Shown: one piece after another, positions 40,232-50,312 of the stretch
Layout of the letters: each line of letters begins with the position of its first letter
Numbering within the stretch: the first letter of the stretch is position 1
Assembly (NCBI GenBank): GCA_040901675.1
Contig: JBBDYJ010000041.1
Coordinates: forward strand, 180,700 to 244,699
From: Pirellulales bacterium
Lineage (GTDB): Bacteria > Planctomycetota > Planctomycetia > Pirellulales > JAICIG01
Length of the DNA: 64,000 nt
Direction: 5' to 3'
Translations under genes and position numbers: made by a program
Notes under the pieces: model-generated
The model's database searches: none
Told to the model about the DNA's origin: nothing
The model's input: the letters and a program-made list of their open reading frames with translations, nothing else

Positions 40232-41659
40232 ATGCGCCGCACCAAGATCCTGGCCACGCTGGGGCCCGCCAGCGCCGAAGCCAACGTCGTCGAAGCCATG
40301 CTCGCCGCCGGCCTGGACGCCGTCCGGCTGAACTTTTCGCACGGCACGCACGACTGGCACGCCGCCGCATTCCGCCTGGTCCGCGAGGCGGCCCAGCGGG
40401 CCCGGCGCCCCGTGGCCATCCTCCAGGACCTCCAAGGCCCCAAGATCCGCATCGGACTCGTCAAAGGCCCCGGCATGGAAGTGCCGACCGGCTCGCAACT
40501 GGTCATCACAACCCGCGACGTGCCCGGCGAAAACGGCGTCGTCTCCACGCAGTATGCGGGGTTGCCCAACGACGTGTCGCCCGGCGAAAGGATCCTCCTG
40601 GACGACGGCCGGGTCGCACTCGTCGTTGAGCGCGTGGACGGCCCCGACATCGTCTGCCGCGTGATCGACGGCGGCATCCTCTCCTCGAACAAGGGAATCA
40701 ACGTGCCGGGAGCCGCGCTGGCGGCCCCCGCCTTGACCGACAAGGACCGCGACGACGTGCGCTTCGGCCTGGCGCTGGGCGTCGATTTTGTCGCGCTCTC
40801 GTTCGTGCGGCGGGCCAGCGACGTCGAAGAGCTCCGCCGCTTGATGCAGATCGAGAACAAGCACGCGCCGATCGTGGCCAAGATCGAAAAGCCTCAGGCC
40901 ATCGACAACCTCGACGAGATCATCGCCGCGGCCGATGGCGTGATGGTGGCCCGCGGCGACCTGGGAATCGAGGTCTCCCTCGAAATGATCCCCACTTTCC
41001 AGAAGCGGATTATCGAGCGGGCCAACCAGGCCGGAAAGCTGGTCATCACGGCCACGCAAATGCTCGAGTCGATGCGTGAACAGCCCATCCCGACCCGCGC
41101 CGAGGTGACCGACGTGGCCAACGCCATCCTCGACGGCACCGATTGTCTGATGCTCTCCGCCGAGACGGCCACTGGAAAGTTTCCCGTCGAAGTGGTCCGG
41201 CGGATGGCCTCCATCGCCGAGACCACCGAGGAGACGCTGTACCCCTTCGACCGGCCCGTGCGGCATTCCAGCGGCCCCCAAGCGGCCGATTTCACCGGGG
41301 CGCTGGCCCGTCTGGCCGGGCACGCCTCGCGCGAGATCGATCCGCGCGCCATTGCGGTCTTCACCCGCAGCGGGCGGACCGCGCGGCGCGTCTCGGACGA
41401 GCGGCCGCGGGCCCCCATCGTGGCCTTCACCTCCGACACCGTTACGTATCAGCGGCTGGCGTTGTACTGGGGGGTCGTGCCGATGGCGATCGATGAGATG
41501 GGCACCGCCGCCGACCTCGTTGCCCGGGGCCAAAGGCTCTTGTGCCAGGCTGGCTGCGCCCGCATCGACGATACCGTGCTGTTTCTGCTGGGCACCAACA
41601 CCTCGCCCGGTGCCACGAACTCGTTGAAATTGGCCCGGATCGGGCAGCCTGACATGTGA
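40232..41659 (+). CDS. pyk: pyruvate kinase
   Basis: RTKILATLGP, DLQGPKIR, MVARGDLG and ATQMLESM motifs. Confidence 0.97.
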   Translation: MRRTKILATLGPASAEANVVEAMLAAGLDAVRLNFSHGTHDWHAAAFRLVREAAQRARRPVAILQDLQGPKIRIGLVKGPGMEVPTGSQLVITTRDVPGENGVVSTQYAGLPNDVSPGERILLDDGRVALVVERVDGPDIVCRVIDGGILSSNKGINVPGAALAAPALTDKDRDDVRFGLALGVDFVALSFVRRASDVEELRRLMQIENKHAPIVAKIEKPQAIDNLDEIIAAADGVMVARGDLGIEVSLEMIPTFQKRIIERANQAGKLVITATQMLESMREQPIPTRAEVTDVANAILDGTDCLMLSAETATGKFPVEVVRRMASIAETTEETLYPFDRPVRHSSGPQAADFTGALARLAGHASREIDPRAIAVFTRSGRTARRVSDERPRAPIVAFTSDTVTYQRLALYWGVVPMAIDEMGTAADLVARGQRLLCQAGCARIDDTVLFLLGTNTSPGATNSLKLARIGQPDM

Positions 41660-41668
41660 GGCATTGAG

Positions 41669-41750
41669 AAAAGGGGATAAGTCCAATTTTCCAACTAAAA
41701 AGAGCGGAATATCGTCCATTGTCGCCCGTAAATTGGACTTATCCCCTTTT
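41669..41750. repeat. 82-bp MITE/REPIN-like inverted repeat
   Basis: Perfect 21-bp IR AAAAGGGGATAAGTCCAATTT. Confidence 0.8.
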
Positions 41751-42650
41751 TTCCAACTCCAGCTCGGCCCAGATGTGCGGATGGTCCGAGGCCCCGATCT
41801 CGACGATGCCGGCGTCGAGGGTCCGCAGCCCGCGGGTGAAAATCCAGTCGATCCGCCGCGGCGCCTTGTCGCCCAGCACGTCGGCCAGCGGGTCGCGCAC
41901 GCCGGGCGCATCCAGCAGCCGCCGGATCTCGGGCTCCTCCCCCGGCGTGTTCATGTCTCCCAGCAGAACGGCCGGCGCCGCCAGCGACATAAACAAGTCG
42001 CCCGCCACGCGGAGCTGTGTCCGCCGCTCCTCATCACTGCTGCGATCGATGTGCGCCACGACCACGCGAATCGTCCGGCCCCCGTACTGCACGTTGGCCA
42101 ACAGCAGGTTGCGGAAGCTGCGGCCGTGCCGGCGTGCCAGGGGGATCTGCTGCCAGGAAGTGACCGGCAAGCTGCTCAGCATGCCGTTGCCGAACCGGTA
42201 GTGCCACCAGCGCTCCTCCGTGGGCGCAAACAACCACTGCAATCCCAGTTCATGTCCCAGCACGGCCGCCTGGTCCGACTGCTGCCAGAACCACGCGCCG
42301 TGCACCTCATTGAGGCCCACCACGTCCAGCGTCCGCAAACACTCGGCGGTGCGCCTGAGATCGCGCAGCCTGTCGCGCCCCTTGCCGCCATGAATGTTGA
42401 ACGTGCCGATCCTCAGCCGGCCGTCGGCCGCCACGCTGCTGGAAACGGTCCCCTCCAGGGCGGTGCCATCGTCGGGTGGGCATTGCTCACGCACGGATCC
42501 CCGCCAGATGAGCAAGGCCGCCAGCGGCGCCAGCAGCCAAGGTCGAACGATGCGCCGGCAGAGGCACCGTTTTGCCGCGGCGGGCGGCGAATCGACTCGG
42601 CACGCCGGATCGGCCCCTGTTTCAACTGCTGTTTCGACCAGCACGCGCAT
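41739..42650 (-). CDS. endonuclease/exonuclease/phosphatase family protein
   Basis: TFNIH, LNEV, GDMN, IDWI and SDH motifs. Confidence 0.9.
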   Translation of the reverse strand: MRVLVETAVETGADPACRVDSPPAAAKRCLCRRIVRPWLLAPLAALLIWRGSVREQCPPDDGTALEGTVSSSVAADGRLRIGTFNIHGGKGRDRLRDLRRTAECLRTLDVVGLNEVHGAWFWQQSDQAAVLGHELGLQWLFAPTEERWWHYRFGNGMLSSLPVTSWQQIPLARRHGRSFRNLLLANVQYGGRTIRVVVAHIDRSSDEERRTQLRVAGDLFMSLAAPAVLLGDMNTPGEEPEIRRLLDAPGVRDPLADVLGDKAPRRIDWIFTRGLRTLDAGIVEIGASDHPHIWAELELEKRG

Positions 42651-42656
42651 GGCGGC

Positions 42657-44795
42657 TTACTCGACTCCGTGCCGGGCCAAATACGCCCGCTGGTGCGCGA
42701 CCATCCCGCCCAACCGGCTGCGATACGACCGGCAGCGATCTCGTTCGCGATCGGCCAGGTTCGTCAGTTCGCCCGGATCCGCCTCCAGGTCGAACAGCTC
42801 TTCCCGCGTCGTATCCACGTAGTAGTGGTACTTGAAGCGGCCGTCGCGCAGGCCCAGCACCACTTCGTTGCCGACTGCCAGGAAGTACGCACGCTCGCGC
42901 GGCGGGCCGGAGAACAAGCTGCGCCCTTGCCAGTCCGCGGGGGCCGGGATGCCCAACAGGTCGAGTATCGTCGGCGCGATGTCGATGTGCTGGGCCAGCG
43001 CGGCATCGCGGCGCGGCAGCTCGGCGAGCGATGGGTGCAAAACCAGCAGCGGCACGTGAACGGTTTGCTCGTAGACGCCGAAGCTGTGCACCCGCTGGTT
43101 GTGCTGGCCGAAGCTTTCGCCATGGTCCGAGGTGACCACGACCAGCGTCGAGTCCGCCAGGCCGCGGCGCGCCAGCTCGTCGATCAGCCAGCCGATGTGC
43201 GCGTCGGCTGCCCGCACGGCATTCAAATAGGTGGCCAGTTGCTCGTCGTCGACGCCGAAGTCGTGCAGCCGCTCGGGCGCCACGTAAGGGTGGTGCGTCT
43301 CGATCGTGTAGGCAAAGGCGAAGAACGGAGCCCCAGGCTCGCGGTCGATCCAGTCCAGCACCGCCCGGAACATCGTCTTGTCGTCGATGCCCCACGAGTT
43401 CACCACCCGGTCCGGGCGGTCCTTCGCGCCGAAGAGGTGGTCGACTCCCCTGTTTGCCAAAAAGCGGTCACGCCGCTGCCAGCCCCAGTACCCCGAATGC
43501 GCATAGCAGGTGCGATAGCCCCGCCCGTCGAGCACCTCGGCGATCGTGGGAACGTCGAAACCGGCATGGTCGCGCACGATCAGAAGCCAGTCGGGACGCG
43601 GGTAGACGCTGGCCGACAGCGACACCAGGCTCTTGCAGCTCGACACCGCCTGCACGTACGCGTTCTCGAAAACCACGCCCTGGCGGGCCGCCAGGCGGTC
43701 CAGCCGCGGCGTCGTGGCAAATCGCGAACCGCTCACCCCGAAATACTCGACGCCGATTGACTCCATGACCACCAGGATCACGTTCTTGGGCCGAGCAGCG
43801 CCGGCCGCAAATAGACCTGCCGCGCCGCCAGGTTCTGTCTCCGCCCCCGGCTGCCGGAAATCGCTGGCGTCAACCTGCTCAAACGAATAGTTCTGCGTGA
43901 ACGGCCGATTACTGAACAGTTCCCTCGCGGCCGACAGAATCAGGACGCCATGCGGACTCTGCGCGATCCGCCGCTCCCAGCGATTGCGGTCGGTCCAGGA
44001 GTGCTCAACGTACACCCGGCATGTCGCCCAGTAGGCCGCCACCAGCGCCGCCGAGGCGGCCAGACCGCCCCACCCCAACGGCATCCGCACGCGGCATCGG
44101 GGCCAGCGCCGCGCCGCGCATGCCGCCAGCGCCACGGCCAAAGGGGCCGTCACCAGCCCGGCCACGATTCCCGGCGGCACGTAGGGCGCGATCGAAGAGA
44201 CCATCGCCTCCGGCCCTCCGGCGAACGACAGCAGCCGCACCGTGAAGGGGACCATCGTCACCTTGTACATCGGCACGCTGGCCACCGCATACAACGCGGC
44301 CAGGATATAGCCCAGCAGGCAGGCGGGCCGCCAGACCCGCGCGTCCAGCCGCGGCCAGCGGCCCAGCACGGCGGAAACCAGCAGGCAGCCCAGGCCCAAC
44401 AGCATCACAAAGCACATGTCGGGAGCGGCGACGATCGCCAACCGCAGCAGCCAGCGGGCGAACTCCGATAGGTTGCTCACGGGAAACGGCAACAGCGCCA
44501 GCTTGGCGGCCAGGCAAACCGCGGCCAACACCAGGGTCCAAGTCAACAACGGTTCGCCCCGCAGGCGGCCCGGCCTTGGCGGCGCATCGCCCGCGGCCGC
44601 AGTCGGCAATGCATTGGGCTCGCCGCGCGCCGCGCGAGCAAACCTGCCGGACGCCCGCAACCGCGGCCAGGCGGACAGCCGCGTGTTCCTGGAGACGACG
44701 GCCTCCAGGACGATCCGCCCCGCTTCCGGGCCTTGCATCAGATCGTGTCCGTCCGCTGCGTCGGACGGCTTGGTTCGGTCGCCTGTCTGTGTCAT
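42657..44795 (-). CDS. LTA-synthase-like membrane sulfatase-fold protein
   Basis: TM N-half; VMES, THHPY and TSDHGE motifs; no CxPxR. Confidence 0.85.
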   Translation of the reverse strand: MTQTGDRTKPSDAADGHDLMQGPEAGRIVLEAVVSRNTRLSAWPRLRASGRFARAARGEPNALPTAAAGDAPPRPGRLRGEPLLTWTLVLAAVCLAAKLALLPFPVSNLSEFARWLLRLAIVAAPDMCFVMLLGLGCLLVSAVLGRWPRLDARVWRPACLLGYILAALYAVASVPMYKVTMVPFTVRLLSFAGGPEAMVSSIAPYVPPGIVAGLVTAPLAVALAACAARRWPRCRVRMPLGWGGLAASAALVAAYWATCRVYVEHSWTDRNRWERRIAQSPHGVLILSAARELFSNRPFTQNYSFEQVDASDFRQPGAETEPGGAAGLFAAGAARPKNVILVVMESIGVEYFGVSGSRFATTPRLDRLAARQGVVFENAYVQAVSSCKSLVSLSASVYPRPDWLLIVRDHAGFDVPTIAEVLDGRGYRTCYAHSGYWGWQRRDRFLANRGVDHLFGAKDRPDRVVNSWGIDDKTMFRAVLDWIDREPGAPFFAFAYTIETHHPYVAPERLHDFGVDDEQLATYLNAVRAADAHIGWLIDELARRGLADSTLVVVTSDHGESFGQHNQRVHSFGVYEQTVHVPLLVLHPSLAELPRRDAALAQHIDIAPTILDLLGIPAPADWQGRSLFSGPPRERAYFLAVGNEVVLGLRDGRFKYHYYVDTTREELFDLEADPGELTNLADRERDRCRSYRSRLGGMVAHQRAYLARHGVE

Positions 44796-44849
44796 GAAAT
44801 GGGCCGTGACTGTTGTGCGCGCGGCGGAAATCGCCGCAGTGGATCAACC

Positions 44850-46847
44850 TCAACGTCTGCCGTTCGCCGTCGTGGCTACCATCCGCCGGCCGCCGTGCTG
44901 CTCCAGGAATTCGCGTTGGAACTTGACGAAGCCGCCGACGCATCGCTTGTACCGCCGGAGCAGCTCGGGACGCCGCGCGGCGAGATTCACCCTCTCGCCC
45001 GGGTCGCTTGACAGATCGAACAGCTCCTCCAGTCCGGTGTCGACGTGGAGGTGGTACTTGAACGATCCGTCTCGCAACCCCAGCACGACCTGGTCGGCCA
45101 CCGAATAGAAGTACGCCTTGCGCGGCGGCCCGGCAGGCGCGAGCAGGTCGCGCCCTTGCCACTGGGCCGGGGGAGACAGCCCCAACAGCCCCAGCAGCGT
45201 AGGGGGCAGGTCGATGTGCTGGCGCACGGCCCGGTCGCGGCGCGCTAGCCCAGCCAGGCCGGGATGGATCAGCACCAGCGGCACGTGGACGCTGGGCTCG
45301 TAGACGCCATAGCCGTGAACGCGCTCGTCATGCTGGCCGAAGCTTTCGCCATGGTCGGCGGTGACGGCGACCAGCGTCGAAGCGAGCAGTCCGCGGCGAG
45401 CGAGCTCCTCGACCATCCAATGGATGTTCTCGTCGGTGGTCCGCAGGGCATTGAGATAGCGGTTGAACTCCTCGTCGTCGACGCCGAAGTCGATCGGGTT
45501 GTCGCCCGGCCAGTAGGGATGGTGCGTTTCGATGGTGCAGGCGCAGACGAAGAAGGGATGCCCCTGGTTGGCATCGATCCAATCGAGCGCCGAGCGGAAC
45601 ATCGCGCGGTCGGACGTGCCCCACGAGTTCAAGGGCGGGCTGGGCAGGTGCCGGGCATCGACCAGCGTTTGCACGCCGCGGCGCTTGAGGAACTCTTCGC
45701 CGCCCCGCCAATCCCAGTAGCCGGCGTGCAAAAAGCAGTTCCGCCAGCCATGCCGCGCCAGCACCTCGGGCAGCAGCGGCACCTCGAAATCGGGGCAATC
45801 GCCCACGATCGACCGCCAGTCAGGCCGGCAGTACGTGCTGGCCATCAACCCCACCAGGCTCTTCCAGCTTGCCGGCGCCTGCGCATACATGTTCTCGTAG
45901 ACGATGCCGTTGGCCGCCGCCAGCCGCTCCAGGTGCGGCGTCGTCGGATACGGCGCGCCGTACACGCTCAGGTACTCGGCGGCCGTCGATTCGAGGATGA
46001 TCAACAGCACGTTGCGCGGACGCTCGGCCACGCCGCTGGCCGCATCGGGCCGTTCGCTCCCCTCGCCCGGCCGGCGAAAATCGCTCTCGTCGATCTCGTC
46101 GAAATGAAATGGCTGCGTGAACGGCTCGGCCTTGCCCAGCTCGACCAGGCACGATGCCAGCAGCACCGCGTGCGGATTCTGCGTCAGCCGCCGCTCCCAT
46201 CGTTTCGGGTCGGTCCACTCGGAATGGATATAGAGGTACGATGCCGTGGCATACACGGCCAGCAGTGCCGCGCCGGCCAGGCAAACGCTTCGCGGGGGGT
46301 TGACCAGCCGGCGGAACCAGCTCAGCCGCCCCAAGAGGCCGGGCGCCAGCAGTACGGCCGCCAAGACGCCAACGGCCGCTGCTATCATGGCCGGCGAGAG
46401 GTGATTCACGATCGACGACTTCATCATCCCCGGGCCGCCGGCGAGCGATACCAGGCGAACGGTGAAGGGCGCCAGCAGCACCTTGAACATCGGCACGCTG
46501 GCGACCGCGTACAAGGCCGCCAGGCAATACGAGGTCAACCGCACGGCCCGGAAGGGCGCCAGCCAGTTCGCCGCTCTCGGACGTGCGGCCAGCAGGCGGG
46601 CGAGCAAGGCGCACATGGCGGCCAGCGCGCAGGCAAAGCAGACATCACCGGCCGCCACCAGCGCCAGCCGCACCAGCCAGCGGGCCGATTCGATCGGGCT
46701 GGAGAACGCCGGCGGCAGCAAGGCGGCCTTCGTAGCGACGGAGGTGCCGGCGAGCGTCAGGGCCAGGGCCAGGTTGGTGCAGTCGTCCCGCGCCCAGCGG
46801 GGTTCAGCTTGCGCCGCGGGTCGCAGCGCGCAGTCGTTGCCATCCAT
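44850..46847 (-). CDS. LTA-synthase-like membrane sulfatase-fold protein (paralog)
   Basis: ILES, THHPY and TADHGE motifs; colinear with its neighbour. Confidence 0.85.
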   Translation of the reverse strand: MDGNDCALRPAAQAEPRWARDDCTNLALALTLAGTSVATKAALLPPAFSSPIESARWLVRLALVAAGDVCFACALAAMCALLARLLAARPRAANWLAPFRAVRLTSYCLAALYAVASVPMFKVLLAPFTVRLVSLAGGPGMMKSSIVNHLSPAMIAAAVGVLAAVLLAPGLLGRLSWFRRLVNPPRSVCLAGAALLAVYATASYLYIHSEWTDPKRWERRLTQNPHAVLLASCLVELGKAEPFTQPFHFDEIDESDFRRPGEGSERPDAASGVAERPRNVLLIILESTAAEYLSVYGAPYPTTPHLERLAAANGIVYENMYAQAPASWKSLVGLMASTYCRPDWRSIVGDCPDFEVPLLPEVLARHGWRNCFLHAGYWDWRGGEEFLKRRGVQTLVDARHLPSPPLNSWGTSDRAMFRSALDWIDANQGHPFFVCACTIETHHPYWPGDNPIDFGVDDEEFNRYLNALRTTDENIHWMVEELARRGLLASTLVAVTADHGESFGQHDERVHGYGVYEPSVHVPLVLIHPGLAGLARRDRAVRQHIDLPPTLLGLLGLSPPAQWQGRDLLAPAGPPRKAYFYSVADQVVLGLRDGSFKYHLHVDTGLEELFDLSSDPGERVNLAARRPELLRRYKRCVGGFVKFQREFLEQHGGRRMVATTANGRR

Positions 46848-47148
46848 GGCATATCTCGGGGTCTTGGCTTGCGGGGCCAATCCTCGCCAGTTTCGGCCGG
46901 CAAGTATCCCCCTTAGCCCACCTGCGTCAAGCCCACTTAGATCGGTTCGACGTGGATACCGCGGGCAAGCAGGAATGGGAAGTTTTGTGAGGCTCCGCAA
47001 GGAATTCAGCTTTCTGGAGATTTTTAGGTCGCAAAATCGGCACGAAGTGGCACATCTAGGATGTACGGCATTTGAGAATGCCGGCGCCGGACCGCAAGAC
47101 GTATGGCATACGTGTTCCCAGAATCCGTTACCGAGAACCGAGGTACAC

Positions 47149-48747
47149 ATGCATCGAAGCGCGCAGCTCCTATGCGGCAGTTTTGTCGCGATGGCGGTGG
47201 CGGCTGTCGCTGGCGAGACAGCCCAGCCCGCAGCCGTTCCACCTGGTCTCATTAGCGGACGCGTCGTCAATGCGTCCACAGGCGAACCGATCGCCATGGC
47301 GATGGTGTACGTGACTTCCGATCCCGATCGACAGCAAACAACCGACAGCCGAGGCCGATTCCATTTTGACGAGGCCGAAACGAAAGCGATCTTTGCAAAA
47401 GCGGAATCAGACAAATTGCGGCGTGGCGTTGAGGTCGTCGGAGCAGCAAACGGATTTGGGGTCGACTTCATTCAACTACGAAGGTGGGGGACGCCGAGCA
47501 ACGATGACTTACCCGAGTCGGCTGCACGGAACTTGACTTTGCGACTTCCCAAAGACGATGCGCCGATCACCGGCCGGCTTGTGGATCCCGATGGACGGTC
47601 GATCGAAGGCGGCGTGATCGAGATCGGACAAGTCCTCGTTATGCCCAATGAGAGTCTCACGGAGTGGCTCCAAAGCTGGCAACGCAGCAGGGGTCGTTCC
47701 TGGTCCAGTCTGGTGAGCCAGCGTGTGGACAAACGCTACACTCCCCTCCGGCGTCGATGGGATTTCTCGCATCGACCGACAGCTTTGTCGGACGTGCCCA
47801 CCCACTTTGCAGAAAGGGCAGAGCCGGGCCTGACCGCGAAAGTTATGACAGATGAGGACGGCCGGTTCGAAATCAACGGCGTGGGTCGAGAGCGTGTCGT
47901 GTGGCTGACGGCAAAGCATCCCCATTTCGTGTACACGGAATTCTTTGTGGCAACACGCCCCAGCTTGTCTGTGAAGGCTATCGACCCGAGGCTGCCTTCG
48001 CACCACGGGGCCACGCTCGTCCAATCGCTACAGCGCGCCCAGCCGATTCGCGGCGTCGTGCGGGAGCATGAGACGGGCGAGGCGCTGGCAGGAGTGAAGG
48101 TGTTCGCGGGCGCTCACGTGGCAACGACCGGCAAGGACGGCAGTTTCGCCCTTGAAGGGGTGGCCAATGACAGGCGCCTGCTCACGTTCGTGCCGTCACC
48201 GAAGCAGCCGCACCTTGTGCGTGAGATGCGCATCGATGAAGCGAAGAAGCCGGGCCCGCTTCGCATGGACTGCGAGCTGTTCCGCGGGGCCCGCGTCAAT
48301 GGCAGGGTGATCCACGAAGAAACTGGCCAGCCGATCCAGGGCGCCATCGTGGACTACGTGGCAGCACCCGGAAATCCGGCAGCTGCGGTCGGATTTACGC
48401 CGTCCGTCCGACACACCTGGATCGACCCATTCTTGACCGCACGAGATGGCAGCTTTTCCGTAGCCGTCCCCCCCGGCCCCGGTGTGCTATGTGTCCGCAT
48501 CTGGTACGGCGGCGCCGATCAATTCCAGCCGTGCCAAGGGAGCGATTTCGAGGATGCCTTCGAGAACGGCAGGTCGTATGAAACGGCCGACGGCCGCCGG
48601 ATTTACGAATTGGCCGACCTCCGCCGGATCGACACGACCGAGTTCCACGGCCTTGCGAAAATCAACCCGATGGATACGGATGATCAAGAGGAAATCGAAT
48701 TCCGTCTGAAGCCAGCGAGCGACGGCAGTCGTGGAGTCGTCAAGTAG
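47149..48747 (+). CDS. secreted carboxypeptidase-regulatory-like repeat protein
   Basis: Repeated GRV..G.PI.GA.V / TD.DG.F motifs; GAGG RBS. Confidence 0.8.
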   Translation: MHRSAQLLCGSFVAMAVAAVAGETAQPAAVPPGLISGRVVNASTGEPIAMAMVYVTSDPDRQQTTDSRGRFHFDEAETKAIFAKAESDKLRRGVEVVGAANGFGVDFIQLRRWGTPSNDDLPESAARNLTLRLPKDDAPITGRLVDPDGRSIEGGVIEIGQVLVMPNESLTEWLQSWQRSRGRSWSSLVSQRVDKRYTPLRRRWDFSHRPTALSDVPTHFAERAEPGLTAKVMTDEDGRFEINGVGRERVVWLTAKHPHFVYTEFFVATRPSLSVKAIDPRLPSHHGATLVQSLQRAQPIRGVVREHETGEALAGVKVFAGAHVATTGKDGSFALEGVANDRRLLTFVPSPKQPHLVREMRIDEAKKPGPLRMDCELFRGARVNGRVIHEETGQPIQGAIVDYVAAPGNPAAAVGFTPSVRHTWIDPFLTARDGSFSVAVPPGPGVLCVRIWYGGADQFQPCQGSDFEDAFENGRSYETADGRRIYELADLRRIDTTEFHGLAKINPMDTDDQEEIEFRLKPASDGSRGVVK

Positions 48748-48798
48748 ACGAGAAGTGGAATAGCTCGTCGTCCGCTCGCCGGTCACTGAATTGGACCC

Positions 48799-49746
48799 AT
48801 GCCGATGAAAAAGCTAAGCGAACCAAACCTCGTTCTCCTTTCCTGTGCGCTGGTGCTGGCGGTCGCGCATCATGCGTGTCCGAGCCGCGGCGGAGTTATC
48901 CGCCATGACCGATCGGCGTCCGCGTATCAAGAGTTGGGATCAAAGTGCGCGTTTCGGTGCGTCGGAGAGATGCCTCTGCGCACGGCCTCGGCCCGGTCTA
49001 CGAAAGCTAGCTGTGTGCTCATCGCGCCCCAGTGGGTGCTCACGGCAGCGCACGTCGTCAAGGGAAACGATTGGATGGCACTGGAGGATTATCAGTTCAT
49101 CTTTGACGGCCAATCGTTCCATGCAGCTCGCGTCATTATTCATCCGGACTTCGACCGCGAACTGGGTGGCGTGACGAAGGGGCTGGCAAGAACTGCCGCG
49201 GGAGTCGACCTCGCTCTTGTAAAGCTCACGAAGCCGGTTCGCAATGTTCGGCCTGCAGTCCGATATCGTGATAGCCGAGAGATTGGCAAGGTCATGACGA
49301 AGGTCGGGCATGGAACGGCCGGTGACGGCATTGCGGGATACCACCGGCCGTTTCTGTTTGAACGCCGCGGGGGAAACAACAGGATTGATGCGGCGGGAGG
49401 GGCGTTCGGTGACCTGCTTGTGTCCAACAGCGTGCTGCTCGTCGACTTCGATTCTCCGAGCGACTCCGAATCGAGCCGGCTTGGGGATCCAACGCCGCTT
49501 GAGCTTGAAATCGGCTGCTCCCCGGGCGACAGTGGGGGAGCGTGGTTTATCCGTGACGACGAAGATGGCTGTGCCTGGAAGCTGGTGGCGGTGACATCCG
49601 GCTGGATTCCCCAGGACGGAGATCCGTACAACCCGCAGAACAACACGGGGATGTATGGCACAATAGGGGCAGGCATGCGCATTTCTGCGCTAAATGCTTG
49701 GATTGATGAAGTGATTGGCATGCCAAGCGACGAGAGCACGCCGTGA
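48799..49746 (+). CDS. secreted trypsin-like serine protease
   Basis: TAAHV, DLAL and GDSGG catalytic triad. Confidence 0.9.
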   Translation: MPMKKLSEPNLVLLSCALVLAVAHHACPSRGGVIRHDRSASAYQELGSKCAFRCVGEMPLRTASARSTKASCVLIAPQWVLTAAHVVKGNDWMALEDYQFIFDGQSFHAARVIIHPDFDRELGGVTKGLARTAAGVDLALVKLTKPVRNVRPAVRYRDSREIGKVMTKVGHGTAGDGIAGYHRPFLFERRGGNNRIDAAGGAFGDLLVSNSVLLVDFDSPSDSESSRLGDPTPLELEIGCSPGDSGGAWFIRDDEDGCAWKLVAVTSGWIPQDGDPYNPQNNTGMYGTIGAGMRISALNAWIDEVIGMPSDESTP

Positions 49747-50312
49747 GGGCGAGTTTGTCCACCAGGACGCCTGATTCCGGGAGCTTGCAGAGGGACGCCG
49801 AGCTAGTCGGAAAAGTCAAGCACGGCGACAGGGAGGCCTACGCGCTGCTGGTGCGGCGTTACGAGCGCCTGGTGCGCGCAGCCGCACATAACATCGTTCA
49901 CGACCGGCATTTGGCCGAGGATGTAGCTCAAGAATCGTTTCTGGCGGCGTATGACTCGCTCCGTTCATTGCATGATGCATCTCGGTTTGGCCCGTGGCTC
50001 ATGGCGATTGCCCGGCATCAGGCGGCCCACGCGATGCGCCGTATCGTTCGCCGCGAACAGCAACTTGCTGATGTTGACGTAGCGCAGCCGGGCGCCAATG
50101 GCCAGTTGAGCGAGTCATCGCAACGGATACTGGAGCTGGTCGAGCGGCTGCCTGATCACGAACGAATCATCGTTGGCCTGAGGTATTTCGACGCCCACTC
50201 CGTGCAAGATGTGGCGAGCATTACCGGTCGGCCAGTCGGCACCGTGACGAAGCAGCTCTCGCGGGCCCATCGGCGCCTCGGTGAGTGGTTGAGACAGGAA
50301 GCGAGACGATGA
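49743..50312 (+). CDS. ECF RNA polymerase sigma factor
   Basis: AEDVAQESF, FGPWL and GTVTKQLSRA motifs. Confidence 0.9.
   Translation: MRASLSTRTPDSGSLQRDAELVGKVKHGDREAYALLVRRYERLVRAAAHNIVHDRHLAEDVAQESFLAAYDSLRSLHDASRFGPWLMAIARHQAAHAMRRIVRREQQLADVDVAQPGANGQLSESSQRILELVERLPDHERIIVGLRYFDAHSVQDVASITGRPVGTVTKQLSRAHRRLGEWLRQEARR

Noticed and set aside
44850..47471. 873-aa version of the sulfatase-like ORF
   Set aside because: The N-terminal extension overlaps the divergent gene; the paralog supports a start at about 46847.
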